Positions 54,929-63,245 of a DNA stretch of 64,000 bases are shown piece by piece (within the stretch, counting starts at the first letter, position 1; each line of letters opens with the position of its first letter). Origin of the DNA: a virus; UHGV virus genome UHGV-0370399; one strand, given 5' to 3'. Under the pieces are notes generated by a model. The model saw only the letters and a program-made list of their open reading frames with translations, was not told the DNA's origin and did no database searches. The position numbers were made by a program, and so were the translations under genes.

Positions 54929-55194
54929 CAGAGAATCAAGATACTTTTTACGTAGAAGGGTACTTACTGTTACCACGACCAAAAGAGACTTATATGCGAA
55001 TTGATTTCTCACCAACCATTATGGATAATGTGATGTGCCATATCTTTATGCAAGGTGTCACAGCACAGCTTAAACATGTTGGTAAAGAGTGCAAAATAAA
55101 GGTTGACACTCATCCAGAAATCAAAGAGAATCACTACACATGGTTCTTACCAGATTCTAAAGAAATCTTAGCAGTTCTTAAAACGAGGAAGTAA
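54925..55194 (+). CDS. hypothetical protein
   Basis: 89 aa, ATGA-coupled. Confidence 0.35.
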   Translation: MTENQDTFYVEGYLLLPRPKETYMRIDFSPTIMDNVMCHIFMQGVTAQLKHVGKECKIKVDTHPEIKENHYTWFLPDSKEILAVLKTRK

Positions 55195-55196
55195 CT

Positions 55197-55518
55197 ATGC
55201 AGATTAATGGAAGAGACTTTGTAGCCGTTTACTATGAGAAAGGTAAAGAAGTTGGCGTAGCATAAGTATCTTATGGCAATGGTAAGTGGCTATATGGAAC
55301 AATCGCAGTAGTAGGAACAAGAAGTGATACAAAAACCTTTAAAGATTGTGTTGACCTTCTTGAAGAATCCATCCAGAATCATTGGTGTCTGATATGGATG
55401 ACTGACAACGAAGTGATAGAACGTTTCAAAAAGGTTGATATCAACATTGACAGTATTGAGCATGTTGATTTATATGAACTAACCGAAAAGGTAAGCTATG
55501 AAAGCTCTAGAGGTAATT
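55197..55518 (+). pseudogene. ORF interrupted by an in-frame TAA at codon 23 (possible nonsense pseudogene or readthrough gene)
   Basis: ATG at 55197 with SD gaggaag; TAA at 55263-55265; the same frame then stays open for 84 codons to TGA at about 55516 with no ATG/GTG/TTG until 55398. Confidence 0.3.
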
Positions 55519-55725
55519 GATAAAGACACTGGAGAAGTTACATCAGCATGTGTTTTCGTTAGTAACGACACAGTGATACCATTTTACAATCTCGATAGTT
55601 TTAGTTTTACAGGGATAACTCCAGAAGAATACTTTGAAGACCTTACCTTTGCCAGAATTTCTATAGATACATTCTATAAATGCTTCTATGATGAAGGTAA
55701 AGAATTACGAGAAACTGAACTATAA
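55498..55725 (+). CDS. hypothetical acidic protein
   Basis: 75 aa, ATG-initiated. Confidence 0.35.
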   Translation: MKALEVIDKDTGEVTSACVFVSNDTVIPFYNLDSFSFTGITPEEYFEDLTFARISIDTFYKCFYDEGKELRETEL

Positions 55726-55737
55726 GGTGTATATGAT

Positions 55738-55938
55738 ATGGCTGACTTCTGCAAAGACTGTTCTATCGAAATGTTCGGACGTGATACAGGTGACTTAAAA
55801 GGTCTTATCACTGAAGATGACTTTAAAGCTGGTTATGCAATGCCAGTAATCTGTGAAGGTTGTGGATGTATCTGGGTAGACCACGAAGGGCAACGTGTAA
55901 AGCCTTCAGAAGATAAAGAATCTTGGGAGAGATGTTAA
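55738..55938 (+). CDS. small zinc-ribbon protein
   Basis: CKDCS ... CEGCGC Cys pairs; SD aaggtg. Confidence 0.4.
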   Translation: MADFCKDCSIEMFGRDTGDLKGLITEDDFKAGYAMPVICEGCGCIWVDHEGQRVKPSEDKESWERC

Positions 55939-56724
55939 ATGGGTATTGTAAAAATCATCAATGGCGATATCTTTGCTGCATTTGATAAAGGTAAGTTTGA
56001 CATCATTGGTCATGGTTGTAACTGCATGAACCTAATGGGTGCAGGTATCGCTGACAAGATTTCTAAACTTTACCCAAAAGCATATGAGACCGATACAGAA
56101 GTTTATCTCTATGCAGGTGGTATAGGTCATAAACCCTGTGAGAATTTACTAGGTAATTTCTCTGTAGCACGCTTAAAACAAGGTCGTATAGCTAACCTTT
56201 ACACTCAGCTTAAGACTGGTAAAGATGCCCGATACAGTGCTTTAGAGTCATCTTTGAAGCAACTTAACAGATACTGTGAAGTTAATCAGTTGAAGAAAGT
56301 TGGTTTACCTATGATTGGTGCAGGTATCGGTGGACTTGACCCTCAAGCCGTCACAGTTATCATCAATCAGGTGATGAAGAGTGTAGATGTTTATCTATAT
56401 GTCTATGAAGGAGAGATGTACCACAAGTTACTCTCAGGTTGGAAGAACTACTGTGAACCAGAATACTTTGCAGGTGTAGCAGTGTTCACAGATAACGCAG
56501 TTACCCTCTTCAGACGAAGAAAAGGTAAGATACATCAAAGTAACCCTCCGGTTGAAAAGATGTCTCTGAGTAACGCTCTAGTTACCCACCTGTCGAAGAG
56601 CAATCACAGGATTGCAGTAACATTTGGCAGTGATGCAGATACTTATATCTATGCAAGAACTGATGAGGATATCGAGACAGTTTTCTCTTCACCAGAAGTT
56701 ACCTTCTTAGACGCAAAGAACTAA
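55939..56724 (+). CDS. macro-domain (ADP-ribose binding/processing) protein
   Basis: GDIF...DIIGHGCNCMNLMGAGIA and VGLPMIGAGIGGL parallel the macro-domain VNAAN..L.GGGV and glycine-rich loops. Confidence 0.6.
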   Translation: MGIVKIINGDIFAAFDKGKFDIIGHGCNCMNLMGAGIADKISKLYPKAYETDTEVYLYAGGIGHKPCENLLGNFSVARLKQGRIANLYTQLKTGKDARYSALESSLKQLNRYCEVNQLKKVGLPMIGAGIGGLDPQAVTVIINQVMKSVDVYLYVYEGEMYHKLLSGWKNYCEPEYFAGVAVFTDNAVTLFRRRKGKIHQSNPPVEKMSLSNALVTHLSKSNHRIAVTFGSDADTYIYARTDEDIETVFSSPEVTFLDAKN

Positions 56725-56791
56725 GAAACTCTGTAGGATATTCACAATAGCCTAAGCCTTTCTTATCTGGTAAATTTTTCAGGTAAGGAGG

Positions 56792-56975
56792 GCTTTTTCA
56801 TTTCAGAATTGTGCAGGTAGAGTTCTGTAGAGAAATCTGTAGAGAGAATTTTGAACTCCAAAGAGAAAATTCATTTTCAAACTGTGCAGATAATCTCCAA
56901 AGAGCTTTTTCATTTTCAAAACGTGCAGACCACACTCAGGTCGGGCAAGAAAAATCATTTTAGGATTGTGCAGGT
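56792..56975. repeat. four iteron-like copies of a 20 nt motif
   Basis: tcattt(t)cA(g/a)AAtTGTGCAG at about 56799, 56871, 56911 and 56956; tandem tctgtagaga x2 at 56821-56848. Confidence 0.7.
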
Positions 56976-57000
56976 AGGTTTTTATAGAGAGCCAGACCAA

Positions 57001-57031
57001 ACCCTCTCCCCCTCTTACTCCCCCTCTCCCC
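57001..57031. repeat. polypyrimidine C/T mirror-repeat tract
   Basis: accctctccccctcttactccccctctcccc, pure pyrimidine on the + strand. Confidence 0.7.
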
Positions 57032-57153
57032 AAAAGTCAAGAGAAAAATTTGTAGCGGATTGAAAAATAATTCTTGATTTGTGTTCTGTTTTGTGGTAGT
57101 CGTGTGCGCCCGTTTCATTACAGTTTTGCCAAAAATATTTTTAAAATTTTTTC

Positions 57154-57245
57154 TTGACTCTTTGAACGTGGTTATCTAGTATTTGCATCAACGGGGAGGG
57201 AATGACCTTCCCCACTAAATAAAGTCCTAAACTGGAGATTCAAAA
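57154..57245 (+). promoter_or_regulatory. cassette module A1: promoter, 5' stem-loop and RBS
   Basis: TTGACT-17-TAGTAT, then caacGGGGAGGGaatgaCCTTCCCCactaaataaagtcctaaactGGAGattcaaaaATG. Confidence 0.65.
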
Positions 57246-57629
57246 ATGGCATATCGTGCACCTAAATTCATCAACAAAGACAACTTTCGCAACGCACTGG
57301 AGAAGTCACTTGATGAGAATTTTAAAGGGAATAAAATTGTTGTTCACGCATTCAATTTTAAGTATGATATCAACGGGAATAAAATCAACCACTACACGGC
57401 AACTATGATAGATGGTACGCTTTCAAGCGAAAAAACTATTCTCAATGCACTTGCTGGACGTGGGAAAAACCTGATAAGATGCGATAAGAGACGTTATCAG
57501 GGCGGCGCATATGGTTATGATGATGCTGTCTATCATCTTGAAAATATGGGCTATTCAGTAGAAAAAGTTGGAGCGTCGCAAATCATCGGTAGTGATGGTT
57601 ATGTAACAATCCTCAAAATTAACAAATAA
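57246..57629 (+). CDS. cassette gene 1, hypothetical protein
   Basis: 127 aa; preceded by module A1; last codons (LKINK) lie inside the next module. Confidence 0.5.
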   Translation: MAYRAPKFINKDNFRNALEKSLDENFKGNKIVVHAFNFKYDINGNKINHYTATMIDGTLSSEKTILNALAGRGKNLIRCDKRRYQGGAYGYDDAVYHLENMGYSVEKVGASQIIGSDGYVTILKINK

Positions 57630-57715
57630 AGTACTTTACAAGGGGCTTATAGTTCGATAAAGTAAGCCCCAGATAAAGAGCTTTACCACTAAATCCTAAA
57701 TTGGAGAACTTAAAA
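57630..57715 (+). promoter_or_regulatory. cassette module B1: hairpin overlapping promoter, plus RBS
   Basis: aagtacTTTACA then GGGGCTTA-13 nt-TAAGCCCC hairpin (57642-57670) containing TAAAGT, then agataaagagctttaccactaaatcctaaattGGAGaacttaaaaATG. Confidence 0.6.
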
Positions 57716-58009
57716 ATGGCTATTATCAAAAACGTTGTAATTACCGCAAAGACTCGTGATGACGCTCGTATCATGGCTAAAAAGTTATGCGGGAAAGTGG
57801 TTGACAACGGAAAACAATCTGCTGTAAGGTGGGGCGTGAAGGTTGATAAACAGTTGAAGTTAAAAAATTCACCGATAAACCTTTTTACATGTGTAAACAC
57901 TATCGGGAAGACAAATGTATACACGAAAAAGGCATATATTAGACGCGTAGCATTAACATCCCCCATTCGCACAATGAGAAGTTATGCAAAGCTGAAAATT
58001 AACAAATAA
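57716..58009 (+). CDS. cassette gene 2, hypothetical basic protein
   Basis: ORF-track start is the TTG inside the module; ATG at 57716 follows the conserved GGAG; ends KLKINK. Confidence 0.5.
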   Translation: MAIIKNVVITAKTRDDARIMAKKLCGKVVDNGKQSAVRWGVKVDKQLKLKNSPINLFTCVNTIGKTNVYTKKAYIRRVALTSPIRTMRSYAKLKINK

Positions 58010-58094
58010 AGTACTTTACATGGGGTTTAAAAGTTGATATCTTAAGCCCCAGATAAAGAGCTTTACCACTCAATCCTAAACTGGAGATTCAAAA
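58010..58094 (+). promoter_or_regulatory. cassette module B2
   Basis: TTTACA, hairpin GGGGTTTAA ... TTAAGCCCC (58022-58050), conserved RBS segment. Confidence 0.6.
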
Positions 58095-58607
58095 ATGAAA
58101 ACTGTAGACGCTACCTTTGAAGTTGTAAAAGAAAAATTCACCATTATCTATGAAGCTGTTAATTGCTTTGAAGCAAGTCATAATCTTGACAATTGGAAGT
58201 TTACAGATGACCATCAAGGCGGTGTAACTGTTAAAAATCCTAACTGCCAGCATAATGAATTTAAATATGCAATCCCTTTACATTACAGCCTTAAACAGCT
58301 TTCTAGTGACTATGCAAAACAAGGCCGGGAAAATCCATCAAAAGAGGCTTACGCAAGCTTACAGAAAGAACTAGAAAGAGATTTAGAGGCGTCAGAGTAT
58401 AACCTTGCCGCGAAAGTTGTGGATGCAAACGGTAGCACGGTTTTAGAAAGTTTTTATCTTGGTTATGCTTTCGATTGGTGCTATCGTGACGGCGATGATT
58501 TAGAAGATAGACTAAAAGAAGAGGTGAACAACGCAGACGCAGAATCTGAAGTATTAGAACGTTTGGAATCGTTGAAAGACTCAGTGATGAATATCTTTAA
58601 GAACTAA
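58095..58607 (+). CDS. cassette gene 3, hypothetical acidic protein
   Basis: 170 aa after module B2. Confidence 0.5.
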   Translation: MKTVDATFEVVKEKFTIIYEAVNCFEASHNLDNWKFTDDHQGGVTVKNPNCQHNEFKYAIPLHYSLKQLSSDYAKQGRENPSKEAYASLQKELERDLEASEYNLAAKVVDANGSTVLESFYLGYAFDWCYRDGDDLEDRLKEEVNNADAESEVLERLESLKDSVMNIFKN

Positions 58608-58699
58608 ATAGATTTCTTTACACGGGGTTATCAAGCTGGTATGATAGCCCCAGATAAAGAGATTTATCAAATAAAGCCCTTAAACTAGGAGATTCTAAA
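58608..58699 (+). promoter_or_regulatory. cassette module B3
   Basis: TTTACA-17-TATGAT with hairpin GGGGTTATCA ... TGATAGCCCC (58624-58651); stem sequence covaries relative to B1. Confidence 0.6.
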
Positions 58700-58996
58700 A
58701 TGAAATTATCAAATCAAGTGCGTGAAAATCTAAGCAAATTACTCAACAAAATTGATTTCATTGAAACATCAAGGAATAGTCATGATGTTATGGAATGGTT
58801 ACACGGCAAAATAAAAGGTCGTCGTGTAGTGATTTGCTTATGGAATAGTTGTAGGGAATATAAAAAACCTGTATTGCAAGTCAATATTTATGATGATACT
58901 TTTAAAAGTCCTGTAAAGTCTAAAAGCGATTTATTAGAATCCTATGAGATAACTGTAAATGGCAAAGTATCACGTAAAGAGAAAACACCATGTTAA
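58700..58996 (+). CDS. cassette gene 4, hypothetical protein
   Basis: 98 aa after module B3. Confidence 0.45.
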   Translation: MKLSNQVRENLSKLLNKIDFIETSRNSHDVMEWLHGKIKGRRVVICLWNSCREYKKPVLQVNIYDDTFKSPVKSKSDLLESYEITVNGKVSRKEKTPC

Positions 58997-59322
58997 TGAT
59001 GGGTATCACTGCAATCATTGCCATTATAGCACTTTACAAGGCTTATAGCGCATATACTTTGGCAAGTAAGGCAATCACGCAACAGGTTAACAATAATCTC
59101 GTGATGAGCTTTCTAGAGCGTTTAAGTGATGAGCAAATAAAACGGTTAGAAATGAGCTTCAGATTCCAATCAAAAACTTATCAAATCAGCGACATTTTCA
59201 AAGATGATTTCCAGTTAGTCGATGATTATAACTCTCTGATAAATGCTTTAAATATCAGTGATTTAAAAGATTATCATGCTGTAATTGTTCAAGAATTGAG
59301 CAAACGAAAACAAAACTGTTGA
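58990..59322 (+). CDS. cassette gene 5, membrane-anchored hypothetical protein
   Basis: N-terminal hydrophobic helix; coupled to gene 4 with no module between; stop TGA lies inside the next TTGACA. Confidence 0.45.
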   Translation: MLMMGITAIIAIIALYKAYSAYTLASKAITQQVNNNLVMSFLERLSDEQIKRLEMSFRFQSKTYQISDIFKDDFQLVDDYNSLINALNISDLKDYHAVIVQELSKRKQNC

Positions 59323-59413
59323 CACTGATTTCTAGATAGATTAAATTACTAATCAACGGGGAGGGAATGACCTTCCCCACTAAATAAAGTCCTTAAACTA
59401 GGAGATTCAAAAA
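59319..59413 (+). promoter_or_regulatory. cassette module A2
   Basis: TTGACA-17-TAAATT then the conserved stem-loop leader and GGAG. Confidence 0.65.
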
Positions 59414-59686
59414 ATGTATACTACTAACAACGGTCGCACCTTAAATGTCACCTTGCGTCACTATGTAGACGGTGTGATGTGCTTTGAAGATTTACGGGCT
59501 GAGCAACACATCTTAAATTGGCAAGTTGCAGGACTCCAAAAAACTGCTACCGGATACGGTAAAAAGATTCCAACTAGCTGGAAAGTATACTACGAAGGCC
59601 GTTTGCGTAGAATTTATCAAGATGTACACAGCAATAGCGCAACAAGTTACATCATGGTAAAAGGTAAAAAGCTGCATTTAGTATAA
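59414..59686 (+). CDS. cassette gene 6, hypothetical protein
   Basis: 90 aa after module A2. Confidence 0.45.
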   Translation: MYTTNNGRTLNVTLRHYVDGVMCFEDLRAEQHILNWQVAGLQKTATGYGKKIPTSWKVYYEGRLRRIYQDVHSNSATSYIMVKGKKLHLV

Positions 59687-59772
59687 AGTACTTTACAAGG
59701 GGCTTATAGTTCGATAAAGTAAGCCCCAGATAAAGAGCTTTACCACTCAATCCTAAATTGGAGAACTTAAAA
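59687..59772 (+). promoter_or_regulatory. cassette module B4 (near-identical to B1)
   Basis: About 86 bp direct repeat of 57630-57715, hairpin 59699-59727. Confidence 0.6.
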
Positions 59773-60177
59773 ATGGCTATTAATAACCGTGAATTATCAA
59801 CCTTAAAAGCACGTTTGACCGTTAATCGAATCAACATTATGACATCATCAGCGCCTGATGAGACATTGCACAACATTATCGGAAAGATTCAAAGCGTTAT
59901 TTTAGACGTTGAAAACGTAAAAAATTCATTGGCTGACGTTGCAGCAGGTATCACGCTAGACGGTGCGCAATATGAAATGTCCGACATGTTAGGCAAATCT
60001 AAGGTAATGAATAAAGAGTTAGATTTGAAAATGTTCCGATTTGCTGTTAAAGTGTGGCTATCTGTCGAGTATGATGCTAACTTTGCAATCGCTGACTTTT
60101 TCGCCACTTGGTTGCAGCGTAATTTGACTAATCATGACTTCCGTAATATCTGTGATGCAATTTATGCAGAACTTTAA
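59773..60177 (+). CDS. cassette gene 7, hypothetical protein
   Basis: ATG at 59773 (ORF-track start is the TTG inside the module); N-terminus MAI as in genes 2 and 9. Confidence 0.45.
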   Translation: MAINNRELSTLKARLTVNRINIMTSSAPDETLHNIIGKIQSVILDVENVKNSLADVAAGITLDGAQYEMSDMLGKSKVMNKELDLKMFRFAVKVWLSVEYDANFAIADFFATWLQRNLTNHDFRNICDAIYAEL

Positions 60178-60186
60178 AAAATTTTG

Positions 60187-60278
60187 TTGACACTGATTTT
60201 TAGATAGGTTAAATTACACATCAACGGGGAGGGAATGACCTTCCCCACTAAATAAAGTCCTAAACTGGAGATTCTAAA
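60187..60278 (+). promoter_or_regulatory. cassette module A3
   Basis: TTGACA-17-TAAATT then the conserved stem-loop leader. Confidence 0.65.
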
Positions 60279-60527
60279 ATGATGAATTTTTTAAATATCC
60301 CTGATACTTGCCGACTGTTGACGCAACCAGAAAATTTAGGCAAACCTTTCCTGTACCATATGCCAGACAATACACCAAAAACATATAGCTACACGGTTAA
60401 CCGCTTTACGGGTTACGCTGCAAAAAACGGTTACAAGGTTACTACTCAAAAAGTAACACTATTTACAAATATCGAAGAGCTTCCAACAATCGCTGTAAAA
60501 CTAATATTTACGAAGAAGACGCAATAA
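60279..60527 (+). CDS. cassette gene 8, hypothetical protein
   Basis: 82 aa after module A3. Confidence 0.45.
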   Translation: MMNFLNIPDTCRLLTQPENLGKPFLYHMPDNTPKTYSYTVNRFTGYAAKNGYKVTTQKVTLFTNIEELPTIAVKLIFTKKTQ

Positions 60528-60613
60528 AGTACTTTACAGGGGGCTTGGAAGTTGATATCTTAAGCCCCAGATAAAGAGCTTTACCACTAAATCCTAAACT
60601 GGAGAACTTAAAA
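60528..60613 (+). promoter_or_regulatory. cassette module B5
   Basis: TTTACA, hairpin 60540-60568, conserved RBS segment. Confidence 0.6.
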
Positions 60614-60817
60614 ATGGCTATTATCAACGGCTTACACATTGAAACAACTCACATCAAAGATATTAAAGTTGGTGATGTAGTCCTTTCCCACGGCGTAGAG
60701 AAAACTGTCACTGCAAAGGATATTAAAGAGGATTCTTTCATGGGTAGGACTCTTTTCGGTGATTCTTATTGCTTAGGTTACCTTGCAGTTTTAAAAGTTG
60801 TCAAAAATAACAAATAA
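60614..60817 (+). CDS. cassette gene 9, hypothetical small protein
   Basis: 67 aa; starts MAII; ends KNNK inside the next module. Confidence 0.45.
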   Translation: MAIINGLHIETTHIKDIKVGDVVLSHGVEKTVTAKDIKEDSFMGRTLFGDSYCLGYLAVLKVVKNNK

Positions 60818-60902
60818 AGTACTTTACAAGGGGCTTAAAAGTTGATATCTTAAGCCCCAGATAAAGAGCTTTACCACTAAATCCTAAACTGGAGATTCAA
60901 AA
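60818..60902 (+). promoter_or_regulatory. cassette module B6
   Basis: TTTACA, perfect 9 bp hairpin GGGGCTTAA ... TTAAGCCCC (60830-60858). Confidence 0.6.
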
Positions 60903-61445
60903 ATGAAATGTTTTCACGGTACTACTCAAGAAAATTTCCTCAACCTGATTAATAACGGTGATAAACCATCAGGCGCATGGAATTGTTCGGATATGGACGG
61001 CAATTTTTACGTGTATCCAGAAAATAAAATCTATGGCGACGATGAGGAAGAAATAATCTCTGAAGGTATCCAGCAAGCTCTTGGCAATGCCACTATAACG
61101 GCAGCTTTTCAGATGAAAACTCAAAATATTGTTATCTTGGAACTTGATATTCCAGAGGATGAGTTGAATGATGATTATTCTTGTGATAATATGTCGAGCG
61201 TGGCAAGTTTTACAGAGTATTTTGATATAAGCTGGATTAAAAAGGTTTACATCACTGAATTTAATGCCATGTTTTCACCTTTTTGTCTTCCTTCATTGGA
61301 TAACCCAAATTTAAATTATCTTGATGAGTCTCTGGAGCTTCTTGCTAAAAGTGTTCAACAGTCGGACAGTATTCAGGTTTTTTGTGACATCATGGATACA
61401 CTAACAGGAAACATCACAGAAGAAGATTTAAAGAGCTTTTTCTAA
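60903..61445 (+). CDS. cassette gene 10, hypothetical acidic protein
   Basis: 180 aa after module B6; followed by a terminator. Confidence 0.45.
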   Translation: MKCFHGTTQENFLNLINNGDKPSGAWNCSDMDGNFYVYPENKIYGDDEEEIISEGIQQALGNATITAAFQMKTQNIVILELDIPEDELNDDYSCDNMSSVASFTEYFDISWIKKVYITEFNAMFSPFCLPSLDNPNLNYLDESLELLAKSVQQSDSIQVFCDIMDTLTGNITEEDLKSFF

Positions 61446-61477
61446 AAACCTATGCAATCACCTTATAAACACTAATC

Positions 61478-61497
61478 AGCCCCTCACAGGGGCTTTT
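61478..61497 (+). terminator. intrinsic terminator
   Basis: AGCCCCT cac AGGGGCT followed by TTT; same element as 63577-63598. Confidence 0.6.
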
Positions 61498-61511
61498 AGG
61501 GGGCTTAAATC

Positions 61512-61745
61512 ATGCTAACAACCATTTATCTCATCCTCTCAATTTGTAATGGCCATTCATGTGATTTTAAAGGGCTTGAGGAGTTCACAGGAAGTAAAGA
61601 AAATGCTATTCAAGTTTGCCAGATAGCAAGGCAAGACTACCCCGCAAGTGATGATATTCAGTGTTACTTTAAGACAGAAGATGACGACGGAATCTATTTC
61701 GATAGTGTTGATGGTCAGTATGAAATTATCATTGAAAAAGACTAG
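61512..61745 (+). CDS. cassette gene 11, small protein with hydrophobic N-terminus
   Basis: 77 aa; SD aggggg; stop TAG forms the first bases of the next -35 hexamer. Confidence 0.4.
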   Translation: MLTTIYLILSICNGHSCDFKGLEEFTGSKENAIQVCQIARQDYPASDDIQCYFKTEDDDGIYFDSVDGQYEIIIEKD

Positions 61746-61835
61746 ACAAGCCTGATAAAAATCTGTAAATTGTCAATCAACGGGGAGGGAATGACCTTCC
61801 CCACTAAATAAAGTCCTAAACTGGAGAATCTAAAA
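61743..61835 (+). promoter_or_regulatory. cassette module A4
   Basis: TAGACA-17-TAAATT then the conserved stem-loop leader. Confidence 0.6.
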
Positions 61836-62177
61836 ATGGCTTATGTAACCGTAATTACCGATAAAGCTGGCGCATCTTGGTCAACTCAGGTCAGTGATAA
61901 GATGTCACCTATGCAGTGCCTAAAATACTTTGAACAGTGGAATAAAGGCGAGGACACAAGCCCCTTTCAAGTGATGCAGATTATCCATGTAGACAATGAA
62001 GGGAATAAAACGACACTGAATAGTGAGTACTATGCAAGCCGTTTTGAAACGAGAAGTAAAACAATGAAACTTTTACGTGAATCCGGTTATGCCCATATCG
62101 CCGCGTTAATCTGGGATGACCTGCTAAAAAGTCAGCGTATCAGCTATGTAAAGCCTGAAAAAATATTCATCAGTTAA
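61836..62177 (+). CDS. cassette gene 12, hypothetical protein
   Basis: 113 aa after module A4. Confidence 0.45.
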   Translation: MAYVTVITDKAGASWSTQVSDKMSPMQCLKYFEQWNKGEDTSPFQVMQIIHVDNEGNKTTLNSEYYASRFETRSKTMKLLRESGYAHIAALIWDDLLKSQRISYVKPEKIFIS

Positions 62178-62209
62178 TCAATAACTTATAAAAAACTTTT
62201 AAAAAAGTG

Positions 62210-62238
62210 TTGACAATACCCATTGACATTGGTAACTT
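62210..62238 (+). promoter_or_regulatory. orphan sigma70-like promoter
   Basis: TTGACA-17-TAACTT with a second TTGACA inside the spacer; no ORF before the next module. Confidence 0.45.
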
Positions 62239-62307
62239 TGTTCGAGGGGGTTTATCTAAAAGGGATTCACTTAAAAGATTTCTTTATAGATAAGCTTAAA
62301 AAATTGC

Positions 62308-62429
62308 TTGCAATCAGATATCAAAACAAGTAAATTACTAATCAATGGGGAGGGAATGAACTTCCCCACTAAACAAAGCCCTTAAACTAGGAGATTCTAA
62401 AATTCAACTACATCCGTTCAATTCATGTC
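62308..62429 (+). promoter_or_regulatory. cassette module A5 (degenerate; start codon displaced)
   Basis: TTGCAA-17-TAAATT with stem-loop variant GGGGAGGGaatgaaCTTCCCC; the usual ATG position reads aaaattc and the gene ATG is 30 nt further. Confidence 0.5.
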
Positions 62430-62915
62430 ATGTCAAAGCCTGTTAAAGATACCTATGAATTCCGTTGTAATGGGGTACACTTTGCAACCATCACTAAGTC
62501 AGAAAACGGGGCTTATTATGTACATCGTCGTAATGTTGCAACCGTTGTAGTCTCTCACTTTATGCAAGCTGTAGCGGAATTATTACCGTTATTCTTAGAG
62601 ATTTACTTAGATGAGTGTAAAAACGTTCACAACCACGTTAAAAACCTTTTAAACGGTTATAAAATGGCTTATGAACGTTCTATTAAGTCACTGAATAAGT
62701 TTTACAATGCACCTGCAAATACTGTTTCAATGGCTTATGATGTAAACGGTGAGTTAGTTAGCCTCTTCGAAGTGGAAGGAATTAAGCTGTATAATTTACG
62801 TCCTAGCGGTTACTCTAAGACTCTTGGTGAAGGTTTATCCTTTAATATCAAGAACTTAGAAAAAACTTTAAAAGACATTGAAAAAGATATTGACGAGACA
62901 CTTAAAAGTCTGTAA
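62430..62915 (+). CDS. cassette gene 13, hypothetical protein
   Basis: 161 aa; ATG far from the module SD; stop TAA lies inside the next -10 hexamer. Confidence 0.4.
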   Translation: MSKPVKDTYEFRCNGVHFATITKSENGAYYVHRRNVATVVVSHFMQAVAELLPLFLEIYLDECKNVHNHVKNLLNGYKMAYERSIKSLNKFYNAPANTVSMAYDVNGELVSLFEVEGIKLYNLRPSGYSKTLGEGLSFNIKNLEKTLKDIEKDIDETLKSL

Positions 62916-62981
62916 ATTGTCAATCAACGGGGAGGGAATGACCTTCCCCACTAAGTAAAGTCCTAAACTGGAGTTATCAAG
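62890..62981 (+). promoter_or_regulatory. cassette module A6
   Basis: TTGACG-17-TAAATT then the conserved stem-loop leader. Confidence 0.6.
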
Positions 62982-63245
62982 ATGGAAAACGTAGAATTAA
63001 CCACACTTTTACAAATTGCAACCGACAAAGAAAACGTAGCTTTATTTCACCGCATCGAAAGTGATTTGTTCAATGGTGAAATCATCAAAGAGTCTTACGA
63101 GGTTGTTGGATTCAAAGATGGTAAAACATTTGGATTCTTTGACCTCGAAAAAGGCAACGCTGTTACAAAATATGATGTTTTATCTTGTGAGATTCTTACA
63201 AAATACAATGAAAAAAGGCTTGCAACATACGCCAATATGCAGTAA
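62982..63245 (+). CDS. cassette gene 14, hypothetical protein
   Basis: 87 aa; stop TAA coincides with the -10 TAAATT of the next module. Confidence 0.45.
   Translation: MENVELTTLLQIATDKENVALFHRIESDLFNGEIIKESYEVVGFKDGKTFGFFDLEKGNAVTKYDVLSCEILTKYNEKRLATYANMQ

Noticed and set aside
56803-57063. Two overlapping ORFs (56803-57033 minus and 56851-57063 plus) in the repeat-dense intergenic region
   Set aside because: Both run through iteron-like repeats and the polypyrimidine tract, give low-complexity translations and lack ribosome-binding sites.
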